Program-made: the position numbers and the translations under genes
The notes under the pieces: model-generated
Seen by the model: the letters and a program-made list of their open reading frames with translations, nothing else
The model's database searches: none
What the model was told of the DNA's origin: nothing
Assembly: GCF_044704955.1 (NCBI RefSeq)
Contig: NW_027253510.1
Location: forward strand, 310,001 to 374,000
Reading direction: 5' to 3'
DNA length: 64,000 nt
Source of the DNA: Pristiophorus japonicus
Lineage: Eukaryota
In this document: positions 13,249-26,783 of the stretch, one piece after another
How the letters are laid out: each line of letters opens with the position of its first letter
How positions within the stretch are numbered: position 1 is the first letter of the stretch

Positions 13249-16200
13249 GACATTCTGAAATGGGAGGGAGAACAGCCAGTTGTCGTGGTGCACATTGGTA
13301 CCAACGACATAGGTAAAAAAAGGGATGAGGTCCTACGAAACGAATTTAAGGAGCTAGGAGCTAAATTAAAAAGTAGGACCTCAAAAGTAGTAATCTCGGG
13401 ATTGCTACCAGTGCCACGTGCTAGTCAGAGTAGGAACCGCAGGATAGCGCAGATGAATACGTGGCTTGAGCAGTGGTGCAGCAGGGAGGGATTCAAATTC
13501 CTGGGGCATTAGAACCGGTTCTGGGGGAGGTGGGACCAGTACAAACCGGATGGTCTGCACCTGGGCAGGACCGGAACCAATGTCCTAGGGGGAGTGTTTG
13601 CTAGTGCTGTTGGAGAGGAGTTAAACTAATATGGCAGGGGGATGGGAACCAATGCAAGGAGACAGAGGGAGACAAAAAGGAGGCAAAAGCAAAAGACAGA
13701 AAGGAGATGAGGAAAAGTGGAGGGCAGAGAAACCCAAGGCAAAGAACAAAAAGGGCCACTGTACAGCAAAATTCTAAAAGGACAAAGGGTGTTAAAAAAA
13801 CAAGCCTGAAGGCTTTGTGTCTTAATGCAAGGAGTATCCGCAATAAGTTGGATGAATTAACTGTGCAAATAGACGTTCACAAATATGATGTGATTGGGAT
13901 TACGGAGACGTGGCTCCAGGATGTTCAGGGCTGGGAACTCAACATCCAGGGGTATTCAACATTCAGGAAGGATAGAATAAAAGGAAAAGGAGGTGGGGTA
14001 GCATTGCTGGTTAAAGAGGAGATTAATGCAATAGTTAGGAAAGACATTAGCTTGGATGATGTGGAATCTATATGGATAGAGCTGCAGAACACCAAAGGGC
14101 AAAAAACGTTAGTGGGAGTTGTGTACAGACCTCCAAACAGTAGTAGTGATGTTGGGGAGGGCATCAAACAGGAAATTAGGGGTGTGTGCAATAAAGGTGT
14201 AGCAGTTATAATAGTTGACTTTAATATGCACATAGATTGGGCGAGCCAAACTGGAAGCAATACGGTGGAGGAGGATTTCCTGGAGTGCATAAGGGATGGT
14301 TTTCTAGACCAATATGTCGAGGAACCAACTAGGGGAGAGGCCATCTTAGACTGGGTGTTGTGTAATGAGAGAGGATTAATTAGCAATCTCATTGTGCGAG
14401 GCCCCTTGGGGAAGAGTGACCATAATATGGTGGAATTCTGCATTAGGATGGAGAATGAAACAGTTAATTCAGAGACCATGGTCCAGAACTTAAAGAAGGG
14501 TAACTTTGAAGGTATGAGGCGTGAATTGGCTAGGATAGATTGGCGAATGATACTTAAGGGGTTGACTGTGGATGGGCAATGGCAGACATTTAGAGACCGC
14601 ATGGATGAACTACAACAATTGTACATTCCTGTCTGGCGTAAAAATAAAAAAGGGAAGGTGGCTCAACCGTGGCTATCTAGGGAAATCAGGGATAGTATTA
14701 AAGCCAAGGAAGTGGCATACAAATTGGCCAGAAATAACAGTGAACCCGGGGACTGGGAGAAATTTAGAACTCAGCAGAGGAGGACAAAGGGTTTGATTAG
14801 GGCAGGGAAAATTGAGTACGAGAAGAAACTTGCAGGGAACATTAAGGCGGATTGCAAAAGTTTCTATCGGTATGTAAAGAGAAAAGGTTAGTAAAGACAA
14901 ACGTAGGTCCCCTGCAGTCAGAATCAGGGGAAGTCGGAACGGGGAACAAAGAAATGGCGGACCAATTGAACAAGTACTTTGGTTCGGTATTCACTAACGA
15001 GGACACAAACAACCTTCCGGATATAAAAGGGATCAGAGGGTCTAGTAAGAAGGAGGAACTGAGGGAAATCTTTATTAGTCGGGAAATTGTGTTGGGGAAA
15101 TTGATGGGATTGAAGGCCGATAAATCCCCAGGGCCTGATGGACTGCATCCCAGAGTACTTAAGGAGGTGGCCTTGGAAATAACGGATGCATTGACAGTCA
15201 TTTTCCAACATTCCATTGACTCTGGATCAGTTCCTATCGAGTGGAGGGTAGCCAATGTAACCCCACTTTTTAAAAAAGGAGGGAGAGAGAAAACGGAATT
15301 ATAGACCGGTCAGCCTGACCTCAGTAGTGGGTAAAATGATGGAATCAATTATTAAGGATGTCATAGCAGCGCATTTGGAAAATGGTGACATGATAGGTCC
15401 AAGTCAGCATGGATTTGTGAAAGGGAAATCATGCTTGACAAATCTTCTGGAATTTTTTGAGGATGTTTCCAGTAAAGTGGACAAAGGAGAACCAGTTGAT
15501 GTGGTATATTTGGATTTTCAGAAGGCTTTCGACAAGGTCCCACACAAGAGATTAATGTGCAAAGTTAAAGCACATGGGATTGGGGGTAGTGTGCTGACAT
15601 GGATTGAGAACTGGTTGTCAGACAGGAAGCAAAGAGTAGGAGTAAATGGGTATTTTTCAGAATGGCAGGCAGTGACTAGTGGGGTACCGCAAGGTTCTGT
15701 GCTGGGGCCCCAGCTGTTTACATTATACATTAATGATTTAGACGAGGGGATTAAATGTAGTATCTCCAAATTTGCGGATGACACTAAGTTGGGTGGCAGT
15801 GTGAGCTGCGAGGAGGATGCTATGAGGCTGCAGAGTGACTTGGATAGGTTAGGTGAGTGGGCAAATGCATGGCAGATGAAGTATAATGTGGATAAATGTG
15901 AGGTTATCCATTTTGGTGGTAAAAACAGAGAGACAGACTATTATCTGAATGGTGACAGATTAGGAAAAGGGAAGGTGCAACGAGACCTGGGTGTCATGGT
16001 ACATCAGTCATTGAAGGTTAGCATGCAGGTACAGCAGGCGGTTAAGAAAGCAAATGGCATGTTGGCCTTCATAGCGAGGGGATTTGAGTACAGGGGCAGG
16101 GAGGTGTTGCTACAGTTGTACAGGGCCTTGGTGAGGCCACACCTGGAGTATTGTGTACAGTTTTGGTCTCCTAACTTGAGGAAGGACATTCTTGCTATTG

Positions 16201-16708
16201 AGGTAGTGCAGCGAAGATTCACCAGACTGATTCCCGGGATGGTGGGACTGACCTATCAAGAAAGACTGGATCAACTGGGCTTGTATTCACTGGAGTTCAG
16301 AAGAATGAGAGGGGACCTCATAGAAACGTTTAAAATTCTGACGGGTTTAGACAGGTTAGATGCAGGAAGAATGTTCCCAATGTTGGGGAAGTCCAGAACC
16401 AGGGGTCACAGTCTGAGGATAAGGGGTAAGCCATTTAGGACCGAGATGAGGAGAAACTTCTTCACCCAGAGAGTGGTGAACCTGTGGAATTCTCGACCAC
16501 AGAAAGTAGTTGAGGCCAATTCACTAAATATATTCAAAAGGGAGTTAGATGAAGTCCTTACTACTTGGGGGATCAAGGGGTATGGCGAGAAAGCAGGAAG
16601 GGGGTACTGAAGTTTCATGTTCAGCCATGAACTCATTGAATGGCGGTGCAGGCTAGAAGGGCTGAATGGCCGGCTCCTGCACCTATTTTCTATGTTTCTA
16701 TGTTTCTA
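13249..16708 (+). mobile_element. Near-full-length CR1 LINE: ORF1 esterase C-terminus and ORF2 (APE endonuclease + RT) with about 2 frameshifts
   Basis: VVVHIGTNDI (SGNH-esterase-type ORF1); LCLNARSIRNK, GITETW, SDHNMV (APE); RT ORF 15327-16610 with FADD; (TATGTTTC)n tail. Confidence 0.97.
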
Positions 16709-16931
16709 TGAATGTGTAATATATTGTTCTTTATTACAGTGATTATAAGGCTGACCTTGTACTTTCTTGTCTGTAATAAAGTCAAAGTTCTTTGCACCAA
16801 ACCAGTTGTACTTTGCATTTTGTCACATTCCCCAAATAAACCCAGAGTGTAGAACCCAAGGGAGTGGGAGCCATTCGAACCACTCAAGTCGGTCAGAGGT
16901 GAACCTGAAGCCCGGGACCACCCCTTACAAA

Positions 16932-18729
16932 ATGGCGACCGCGGCAGGACTCTGGTACAAGGGCTGTGATGCGGAGCGTGCTGGTTTGGGGGAAAGAACC
17001 AAGATGGAAGAGAGGATTTCCTCCTATGTGTACAAGAAAGTGAATGTCACTAAGGAATGGGTGCTTGGTCTGTTGTGCGCTGAGCGTCCAGTCGACGCTG
17101 CAGCCCAGTGGACAGCAAGCAAGGATCACAAAGAATCAGTAGAGAAGGCAATCTGATTGGTCTGTCTGCAGCGACAGGTCCAACTCCTGGATAAAACCAA
17201 TGAGACACTACAGGCAGAGTTATGGGAATGTGCAGAGAACTATCAGGAAAGGGCTATTGCAGAAGAACTCCGTAAGCTAAAACAGGAAAAGACCCAGCTA
17301 ATGGAAAGGTTTAAGAACAGTCAGGACTATTTTCAATTTCAGGTTACCGAGGCCAAAAGTAATGAAAAGTCACTGAGGGAGGAAAGCACTCGCCTCACCC
17401 TACAAGTAAAAGAGCTCCAGGAAAATTTAAAAGATGTGCAAGCAGCGTATAAAGTAGCTAGCACTAATGGGTTTGAATCGGGAGACCACGGTCCCTGCCA
17501 GCAGCAAATCAAGAGTTTAACCCTTGCTCTGTCCAAGGCAAAAGGCATGGTATGTTTAATAAGCCCGGGTACGCCCCAGGTAAACCTGGAAGAGAAGGAA
17601 GAAACGACCTGGCCACTACCTGTAGCACCGGTGACTACACCGGTGAAGCAGCAGGAGGGGCGAACGAGTTGCAGGGTGAACAGGGATAGTGAACCACCAG
17701 CACCTGTGGCACCGAGTTTCAGCTCGGTCTGGCAGCAGGGAGGAGAGGGAGGCGAGCCAGAACAGGGAGAGCCAGAACCAGGGCCAATGTGCCTGGTCCG
17801 GCAACAGAGGTTTGGCCCGCCCACCCTTGCCGGGGGTCCAGGACCCTGGAAAGTCAGTTTGTGGTCCCCCACACTCCCCACCAGCTTAGGGCTATGATAA
17901 GCCACCTGGGAAAGCTCACTCCAAAGGGAGACCCCTCAGTTCACTTTGTGGAGGTGGAACAGGCAGGGGATATTAATGGGTGCGATGAGGCCGAGATGGC
18001 AAAGATGCTTCTCCTATCTCTCGACAGCAAACTGTACCAGTCCCTCTCTACTGAGAGCAAAAGAGGACAGAAAACACTTGCTGCCATCCAGAAAGACATT
18101 TTAGAAGCTCTGGGCTGCATGAAGTGAGTCCCTTCTCCAGAGTAAATGGTGCAGCTCACAGGGGAAACCCCACAGGCTTTCGCAGACCGACTGTGGGCTG
18201 TGGAGGGGACCTCAACTGAAATCACTTAAACCCGGACGAGTTAGCCCACTGGCTCCGAAGCCTAGTATCTAACAGTTTACCCAGAATAAGAACCAAGGCT
18301 GAGGCCTGGTTCGACCCCAGAGACCCCCAAGCCACAGAATAGAGAGTGCTTAGGCAGCTGACCCTAGCTTACAGAAACAGCAGAGGGACAGAAGAGCCCC
18401 CACAAAAGGGAAGGGTTCACGAAATCTGATCTAACCAAGACAAGAGGGAATGGCACCACAAGGGGGCAACCCCTCCGATACAAAACGTACCTGCTTTGGG
18501 TGTGGAAAGAGTGGGCACTGGAGAAAGGATTGAAGAAATCCTTGGCAGAATAGCGCAGGAAAGAATTCTCCAGCCCCTGCCCAAAAGACCGGGACAGATA
18601 AGCCAGTCCCTCCCCACTCGTTTGAGACCTTTTTAACTGCGCTCCGAGCCATGTTAGATGGCCCTGGAAAGGTAAGCCACCGCCACTGGTACCGAAATCC
18701 CATCTGCCCCCTCCCAACCAAAACCGTGA
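16932..18729 (+). pseudogene. gag: gag pseudogene: N-terminal coiled coil, Pro-rich linker, capsid-like region, CCHC knuckle
   Basis: ORFs 16767-17156 and 17157-17897 (heptad-rich) and 17789-18127 (GDPSVHFVEVEQAG...), plus GETPQAFADRLW. Knuckle CFGCGKSGHWRKD* at 18492-18533. TGACTAG at 18727. Confidence 0.75.
16933..16950 (+). promoter_or_regulatory. Primer-binding site complementary to tRNA-Arg (TCG/CCG) 3' end
   Basis: TGGCGACCGCGGCAGGAC, 3 nt after the LTR's terminal CA. Matches the recalled tRNA-Arg 3' end ...GTCCTGCCGCGGTCG-CCA. Confidence 0.85.
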
Positions 18730-18779
18730 CTAGGACAGGCACAGCCTGTCCACCTGTGTGCCCTCGAGTATGATACGTG

Positions 18780-19335
18780 TGTTGATTTCTGGATTCTTTT
18801 CCCTCAATCTGGTTCAGTGAAATCACTGAGTCGAATACCGATTGTGCTTTAAACAGAGCAAGCTTTTATTTAAAAAGCAAATCCCGATCGGGGACCTTAT
18901 CAGACAGAAGGAATGCAACTCTGATAGAACGCACTCACTTCCTACGGACAAAGTGACGTTACATTGTAAAGGGACGACGGTTATACATTTTCGGCAAAAG
19001 ATAACAAGATAGGGCTAGAGTGACATCCTAGTTCAGCCTATCCCTTTTGATCCCTCTTTCCCTTTGTCCACTCATAAGCCGACCTAAGTATGGTCTGATT
19101 TTAAACAAAGGCCTTCTGTTAATGTTTCAGGTTAATAACATGATTTAATAAGACCTTGAGGTTTTTCTGCAAGCTGTGGGTTTTGTTTCAATATGTGTTA
19201 GTGTTGTAACATTTTGCAGTCTCGAGTTTGAGATGTCATGGCTATTCCTCCATGAATTCTTTGTTAGCTTATACTGTCCATATATAATTCCCACGTTCTC
19301 AACTTCTCGACTTTATACATTTTTAAACATTCACA
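18780..19335 (-). repeat. ERV-A 3' LTR
   Basis: TG...CA, direct repeat of 26804-27323, adjacent PPT. Confidence 0.93.
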
Positions 19336-19371
19336 TTCCCCCCTTTTATCATTCCATGATAACACTTAGGA

Positions 19372-20800
19372 TCATTCTAGGAGTATTGCATTCATCCGTT
19401 CACACTCTATTTCCTGAATCATATTGTTGTTAGTGTCGATTAGTTCTTTAGTTCGTTGGATCATAACTCGGGAGCCCTTGACCACAAGCGGGTTTGCTAA
19501 CCTTGCCATCATTACTTTACAACAAAGGTTAAGGCAACCAACAATCAAACAACAGGTAATTATTACTACGATGAGAATAATTGCCCCATGCATTAGATAG
19601 GATCCCCAGGATCCACCCGATAGCCAATCAAACCAGTTAGATCTTCCTGCTGGCGTGGATAACTTCTTCACCTTCCTTCTTATGTGATCAAAGAGATTGG
19701 TTATGTTTTCTGAACTATCGGGAATGTAAGTGAAACATTCAGATCCTATCAGGGCACACGTTCCCCCTTTCTCAGCTAACAGGTAATCGAGGGCCATTCG
19801 GTTTTGTAATGCTACGGTCCTTATTGCTACCATTTCAGCTGTGATGCCCTCCAGAGCTTCAGCAGTATTGTTAGCTATCTGTTCCAATATCGTCTCCAGG
19901 TTCTGTACTTCATCCATGAGACGTCCTATCCTGATTGGGAACATCATGACCCCAAAGAACTTGTCGGCGGGGGTGATGGCTCGCTTGTATCGGTTGGAGG
20001 CATGTGCTTCCACCAGGGTACGTACAAATGGCACCACATATCCCAGATAACAGGACCCTGTCCATCGCCTAGGCAACCAAGGATATGCCTTATGACCGCA
20101 CACGAAATACGTGCCGTTAAAAGCTGCTTTCTGATATATTGCTTCCGGGTCCCAGGACTGGGCCCACAAACCTCCACCTGTTTTATTCGGAAGGTGAGAG
20201 AGGATGGTGACTCGTGCACCTGTGGTGATGTTGAGATTGTGTGGGCATTTGCTGTACCCTATGATATGTCCCTTGTTACTGGTGTCATTTCGAGTTCGAC
20301 ATATGTCCCCGGTTGGCCTCCCAATCCCCGAGGTATTGGTCAGAGCTAAGAATGGGGGTTCCTTTCCACAGTCGTAGGTTGGTTGGTACCATCCCTGGGA
20401 CATCTGACTAATGGGGTCTCCAGCACTCTCCCACTTGGTGACCTCCCCGTGGTCGTTCATGTGGTAACGGTATAATACGCCTCCTGATCTCTGTGATCCC
20501 TCTTTTGACCCGCCTTTCCTCTCTCGTATTTGCATTGGCCCCCCTCCACTCATGCTAGTCTGGCTCAGAAGCCACTTGACAGTCTCAGTTAGGGTCAGTG
20601 GAACGGGGCGTAAAGGAATACCCCCTTTGGAATGTATAGGGATATGTGAGCACACCCAGCATCAAGAAAAGTTCCCATATTGCGCATAAACATAAGACAT
20701 GTACAAAAAGGTGTTTACATGGAGCTCTCTTCTCTGTCTCCCCTCCCATGCGCCGAAACTGTCATATTATACAGACTGTGGCATACAGACACAGTTTCAT
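19372..20800 (-). pseudogene. env: ERV-A env (gamma-type): stops in the signal/N-terminal part, then an open 427-aa stretch
   Basis: CWVC motif, furin site RYKR, ISD LQNRMALDYLLAEKGGTC, CX6CC altered to CALIGSECF, hydrophobic TM. Confidence 0.92.
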
Positions 20801-21031
20801 CTTATGGCTCAGGATTCAGATAAATAGTCCAATTATTTTGCTGATTAAAAGAGTTCGGTTCTCCCGTCTCTCTTCTTAGGTCACCGTCGGTGTAGCTGGC
20901 TGTCTATCACTACTGGTAAAAGTTCAAACTGGTCCACGTTACAATTAGGATGTCAACGGCCTTGTTCAGCTATGGAGAAGAGGAAATCTGGAACAGAAAC
21001 AGGAGTTAGAATAACCAGTAAAATAGGTTTG

Positions 21032-23848
21032 TTAGAGGGTGGTGAGCTTGCAGTGGTGCAGGTGAACCCAGGCACTTCTCCCCTCAACCTTGGCTGCAGT
21101 GGGGGTAGTGAATAACACCTGAAAAGGCCCCTCCCATTGTGGCTCCAATCCCTTCCGAATCCACCTCTTAATCAGGACATACTTCCCAGGTACCATGAGG
21201 GACGATTTGGGTAAAACTGGGAGGTCGAGGTGAGCCTCTCGAACCTGGTTGTGAGCTAGCCGCAGAGCCTGAGTCAGAGAAAGAACATAGGTTGTCATCA
21301 GTCGAGCTGAGATACCATATCTAGGAACAATTTCCCTCATTAACACCTTAACAACAGTTTGAGCCTTATTGTCCAGGGTAGGGTAGGCTTCAATCCACCT
21401 GCTAAACACATCTACTATTACTAACACATATTTGTAACACTGAACTTTTTGCAACTCAATGTAGTCCAACTGAAATGTCTCAAAGGGACCTTCGGGTAGG
21501 GGCATTTTACCCCAATCACAGGGGACTCCCTTCCCTGGATTATGTTGCTGGCAAACCAGGCAACGACTACTGATGTTCTGGGCGAGCGCCTGCAGTCTAG
21601 GATGCCACCAAGTAGCCAAAAGTGTGTCACTCGTGGTCCTTGCTCCACAATGAGTAGCAAAAATGCATACATTCAATAACCCATAGAGCCAACTCGTCAG
21701 ACATGCAAGTCTGTTCCGCGGGAGTGGTCCAGAGTTTAGAAACATTGTCATAAGTACATCCATAATTTTTCCACAACAGTTTTTCTTTTTCAGGAGCGTC
21801 CTCCTGTGCTTTAATAACATCTTGGATGGTTGGCATTGGTTTTTCCGAGGCTAACTTATCCTTCGCAGGATTTTTTAGTCTGACTCATCATTTTGGGCAC
21901 TACCACCTGTTGGTCACGAGAGGCCTGTTTAGCCTCTTTGTCAGCACAACGATTCCCTATATCAACCGGGGATTTTCCGGTGGTGTGGGCGGTACATTTG
22001 ACAATGGCAATGTGCTTGGGGAGCATGAGGGCTTGCAACAAATCAGATACTAGTTGCTTATGGGATATCTCATTCCCCTGTGAGGTTAGGAATCCCCTAT
22101 TTTTCCATAATTGTCCGAAATCATGGGCCACCCCAAAGGCATACCGAGAGTCGGTATAGATATTGACTTTGAGGTCTTTGGCCAAGATACAGGCTCGGGT
22201 GAGGGCGAATAGTTCAGCTTGTTGGGCAGAATTGGCGGTTTCAAAGGCGGCAGATTCCAAGACCTGATTCTCCTGGTTTACTATGGCGTATCCTGAGATT
22301 CGTGTATTTTCTGGATTAATAGAAGAACTTCCGTCAACATACATAATACAGTCTGGATCTTCCATTGGTACATCAACTAAATCTTCCTTGACTGATGTGG
22401 TCTCTTGAATTAAAGATAAACAATCATGACTGGGTTCTTCCTCATCTTGGGGCGGCTCAGTAAGAAAACAGGCCGGATTAATTGCAGTACAGTGCCGAAA
22501 GGTCAGCTTGGGTTGTTTAGTAGGTAGATCTCAGATCTGCTTTGCCTGGCCATGGTAAGGTGTTGAGTCTGCAGCTGGCCCAGGAGGGCAGCTACGGAGT
22601 GAGAGGTGTTAAGACAACGGTAGCACAGTCTTTCAGGATTGTACAATACAGTTGAAAGGTCATAGAGGGGCCAGACCAAAGCCGGAGCTTGCAGCAGGGC
22701 TGTCTTTAGTTCCTTAAAGGCTTGGACGTCTGCGGTTTCTATTTCAAAGCTGCCTTCCTTATTTGTATATGGGGTGAGGTGCTTAGTCATCAGGGCAACA
22801 TTAGGGATCCAGGATCTGCAGTAATTGATCATCCCCAACCACTGGCGCATTTGTTTAGCCGTGCTCGGGACTGGAAACTGGCAAATTGGTTCGACTCGGC
22901 TAGCCTCCAGAGCTCGGTGGATACTCGGTATTGCCTGTGATTTCAGAGGGTACTGTCGGATAGAGGGCCAGTCCACATTGCCCTGCACTGGGATCTCAAT
23001 CGGATCAATGGGAGTATAACCCACTTGGGAGGGGTCCTCTTCCCACACATGAGGATCCACATAGTCAGGTATGTCAGAGCCAGTATGATGCTGCAGAGTC
23101 GTTAAGACCTTCTCGGGGTCCCCGTGGAATTGGACTGTTCGGCCATGTTTTACAATTTGCACATCCCGGCTGGTATGGTCAGCCTCGTCTATAGCCTAGC
23201 GCACCATAACTCCCAAATCTTTCGCGTGGTGGGGAGGTAATACTTCACGAGTAATATGTGGTGCCACAGTTGGGGGCTGTCCATTTCCACAAAATCTGCC
23301 TTCCCTTCCGGTCCAGTCACTCTAGCCCTTAATAGAATTTCCTTCACTTCCCCTTCGTGATCCTGATAAAAGTTCTGCAGGTCCTGATTCTTTCCACTGG
23401 GATCGTATGCTAGGGTCACGTGATAGGGTGCCTGCGGCAGGTCCAGAGACCACCACTGAGGGGTTCTAGTGGTATAATACTGCCGCTTAAGGGTTCCTTG
23501 TTTTACCATAATCCCATCATCTCCACACTCCAAATGCAACTGGAATTTGCAGAGGAGGTCTCTAGCCATCAAGTTACAGTCCAGATTGGTTGTGATAACA
23601 AATCGATGTTCCACCGATTCTTCCTGGTAACCCATTTTAACCGGTTCTGACACCGGGAATGTAGAGACTTGTCCCAGGAATCCTGACAGTCCCTGTGTTT
23701 CAGTGAAGGCGGGGAGTTTAAGCTTTGATTGTACAGAAGAAATGAAGGCTCCCGTATCTATCAAGAAGGGTTGCCACTCATTCCGAATTTTTAACAATAT
23801 CATCGGTTCGTCATCCGGGGAGGGTCCCTGCACAACCAAGCTACATAG
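21032..23848 (-). pseudogene. pol: ERV-A pro-pol: protease, 2H-like insert, RT with core deleted, RNase H, integrase with internal deletion
   Basis: FLIDTGA; IRQYPL followed directly by thumb WLGMINYCRSWIP; YVDGSS/AQQAEL/YTDSRY; HCG...CLVC, QLDY, WEGPF. Confidence 0.92.
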
Positions 23849-24734
23849 TCAATACGAATAATCGGGGGACGGTTGGCCAAAGGGGTTGTTCTGGGAGAAG
23901 TTAGTGTAAGATCCCCGTCCTCTTCCCCCCTTGCCCCACTCCTCTTCCTCCTCTTCCTTTTTCGTGCTGACGGGAGGGACAATTTCTATTCCAATGTCCT
24001 CTTGCCCACAAATAAAGCATCCATCTCGTCTTTCCAAGCCCAACCTCTTTCCATACCAGGCCGGGGACAGTAGGGCGGTCCGTAATTAGCAGGGCCCGGG
24101 CCATTTGGGTGTTTGATATAACCGTATCCCTGTTTATCCACCAACCCTGCACGCAACACTGCGGTTCCATCTGGTATCCCCTTAGGTCGGGTTTTGGTCC
24201 TTCCACCCGAGGCGGCTCTTCCTTTCTAGTCACGTATTCAGTCTTGACCCGGGTTGGGGGCGCACCTCCCCCCTCTCCTTTCTTTTCTTGCCAATAATAT
24301 TTAACCGCCCTTTCCATCTGGGCTTTACTGTTATCTGCCCAATTCATATTATTTGTCCGGATAGCGTGAGCAACCGAATAGGGCAGGCACTGAAGTAGGA
24401 TAGCGCAGAATTGAGGAGAATCCTCTCCTGCCCTGAAGGCATTATCTCCTGATTGACTTCCGTATATTTCAATAAATCTTTCCATGAATTCATCGGCAGT
24501 TTCTTCTCGTTTGGGTTTAGTTTCTAATACTGCGGCCATACTGATGGGCTTCTGAAGGGTCGTGGTGAGAGCATTAGTGTTTAGGCGATCCTGGACATCG
24601 TTAGGGTGAGCAACCAACAATGCATCATGAGTAGCACATCCTAGGTGAGTTAGAAATCGGGCTTGCTCAGTTGGGCTCAGGGTTGGCTTTACCAGAGCCC
24701 ACAGGTCCCTTGATTCTGCGTTATATCCATGCAT
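23849..24734 (-). pseudogene. gag: ERV-A gag C-terminal part (capsid + CCHC nucleocapsid)
   Basis: MHR-like KPKREETADEFMERF; frameshifted knuckle CFICGQE-GHWNRNC; TGA stop at 23851-23849. Confidence 0.85.
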
Positions 24735-26783
24735 GTCGAGGTCACTCCGTGAAATCGGAGGTCAGGGTTAAGTTGGGTTTGTGGATCCCTTTCAGCTTAT
24801 TTATCTTAGCCTTTTAACTCTTCAATTTGTTTTGTTTGAGTATCTATTTCTTCATTGTATCAGGCAAGTATTATTACATAAGCTAGTTCTGTTTTTATTT
24901 TTATTCTGACTATCGCACCATTCCTCTGTTAGGTGAGTCTTTTTTCTATTAAGAAATCCAAATTGATAATGTTCAGTGTGAAACGGCTGTCAATGGAAAG
25001 GGTTAACTCCTTTACAGGTTTGTAAGAAGACCTGATGTCATTACGTGACTTCGCGTAACCATCTGAAAAAAAAATCTTTTCATCAGGAAAGGCAGCATTT
25101 GATTAAACGCCAATATTTTTTAACTTCTTATTCAAGTACTCGCCAAAGATATTTTTTTAATTGATTTAAAACGAGACCACACATTTTTAATAGCTATTTG
25201 TTTACTGAAATTCAATTTCGTCATCAGCCTCAGTGAATGCAAAGCCAACCATTTTAACTACGTAGTCTATCGATACCTTTCTCAGAGGTCCCAGTGGAAC
25301 TCTGAGTACATTTCTCGTGCATGCACTCTTTCTTTAAGATGTCTACGGTTTTTAATATGTCCTCCTTCTGTCAATGAAAGCCCTAATTTAATGGAGTTTT
25401 TCTGCCAACTCGACAGGAGTGATGCATTTTTTTTTAGACTGCAATAGAACTTTTCTCATAATTTAAAATCTCAGAACATTTTTTTTTCAGCACCTATTTA
25501 GTACATTACGTCTTTTTTTTCATCTTTTCCACAACTAGAGGGAAGTCTGGCACGTAGGCTGTGGACTGCTTTTCGTTATCTCAATTGTTCCAGCCTCAAG
25601 GTCGTGTTATACTATTTCTTCTAAACTGCAGATTTAATATCATATATTTTTTTTGAATCCTTTTGAATCCATCTCAGTTGTTTTGCTGTGCCTTCTCTGA
25701 ATATCTCAAAATCCCGATTCAAACTTTGTAATGTAATCAATCATTGCATGTTTTCTTTCGACAAGTAAGTGAGCATGTCAAATCCTTTTTTAACCACCGG
25801 GACCATGTATTTTTTTCTTTTTTTACTCAACAAACCTATCCTTTGTGCATTTCCTGGCTCCGTAACTTATCATCCGAATATACGTAATTCAATAAGGCTC
25901 ACACTCTTAAACTTCCCACATACAGGACAACACTACGAAGGGTTAAAAAAACTTTCATTTTGTTTGAAAAAGTGGGTGGAGCTAAAACAAACCACAACTC
26001 CCCGGCTTTCTTTTCCACAGTAAAAATCACATAAGCATTTCTCATTTAAAACAGACGTTCACAAGAGTCTCTCTTCTTTCCTATTAATTGTTTTGGCCGG
26101 CTCTATTTTTGGATCCATGACCTTTCAGGGAATTTGTAGTTTTATCTAAATTACCCATCCTGGTCACCGCACGTTGGATCAGGGTCCTAATTAGTCCTGA
26201 TTGTCTCCACGTCGCCCCGTGGTGGTTTCAGTTATCTTACCCAGAGTCTAGGCGGACCAAGTGATGTACAAGATCGACGCCGTACCTGGCGTAGGTACAA
26301 TTTAAAATTTACACAGTCCCGCGCAGTCCCGCGGCTTAATTTTACGTAATTCCCTAACCTCCGCGTTTCCCTACGCGGTTCGCGCGATTCTCTCTCTCTC
26401 TCCGCGTTGCCGCGCGGTTTTACTTGGGCCTCGAACCCACACAGACACTGGGCCTCGAACCCAGGCAAGCTCTGGGCCTCGAACCCAGGCAGACTTACCT
26501 ATTCTAACCTATCTTTCCAAGTCGCCGCTTGGTTTGCGTCACCGCGCAATTTCCCTAACTCTATCCCTATTCTAAGTTTGAAAGGTATTCACCAGATTGT
26601 CCTGGATCTCGTTCAGACACTACCTGAGAACCAGCGAGTGGCTAAACTTTCCTCAGACTTTTGAAACCGGGGGAAACTGGAGCAGTATTGAAAGTATACT
26701 TACTCCAGTGGCCACTTTCCCCTCGTCTCGTCCAAGGCTAGTCTGGCTCTTAATTCGCAAGTTTTCGGCAGTCGTCCGTTGAG

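Larger units (their letters stand above)
11983..18779 (+). mobile_element. 5' half of a long-LTR retroelement (lokiretrovirus-like): LTR about 1.48 kb (11983-13248 + 16715-16929), PBS, gag
   Basis: TG start at 11983, CA end at 16929 and AATAAA at about 16775. The two LTR halves flank a CR1 bounded by TGAATG (13243-13248, 16709-16714). PBS follows immediately. The element is truncated by the ERV inserted at 18780. Confidence 0.72.

Noticed and set aside
19372-20655. Domesticated (syncytin-like) env
   Set aside because: Stops in the signal/N-terminal region, CX6CC mutated, and it sits in a young decaying provirus.
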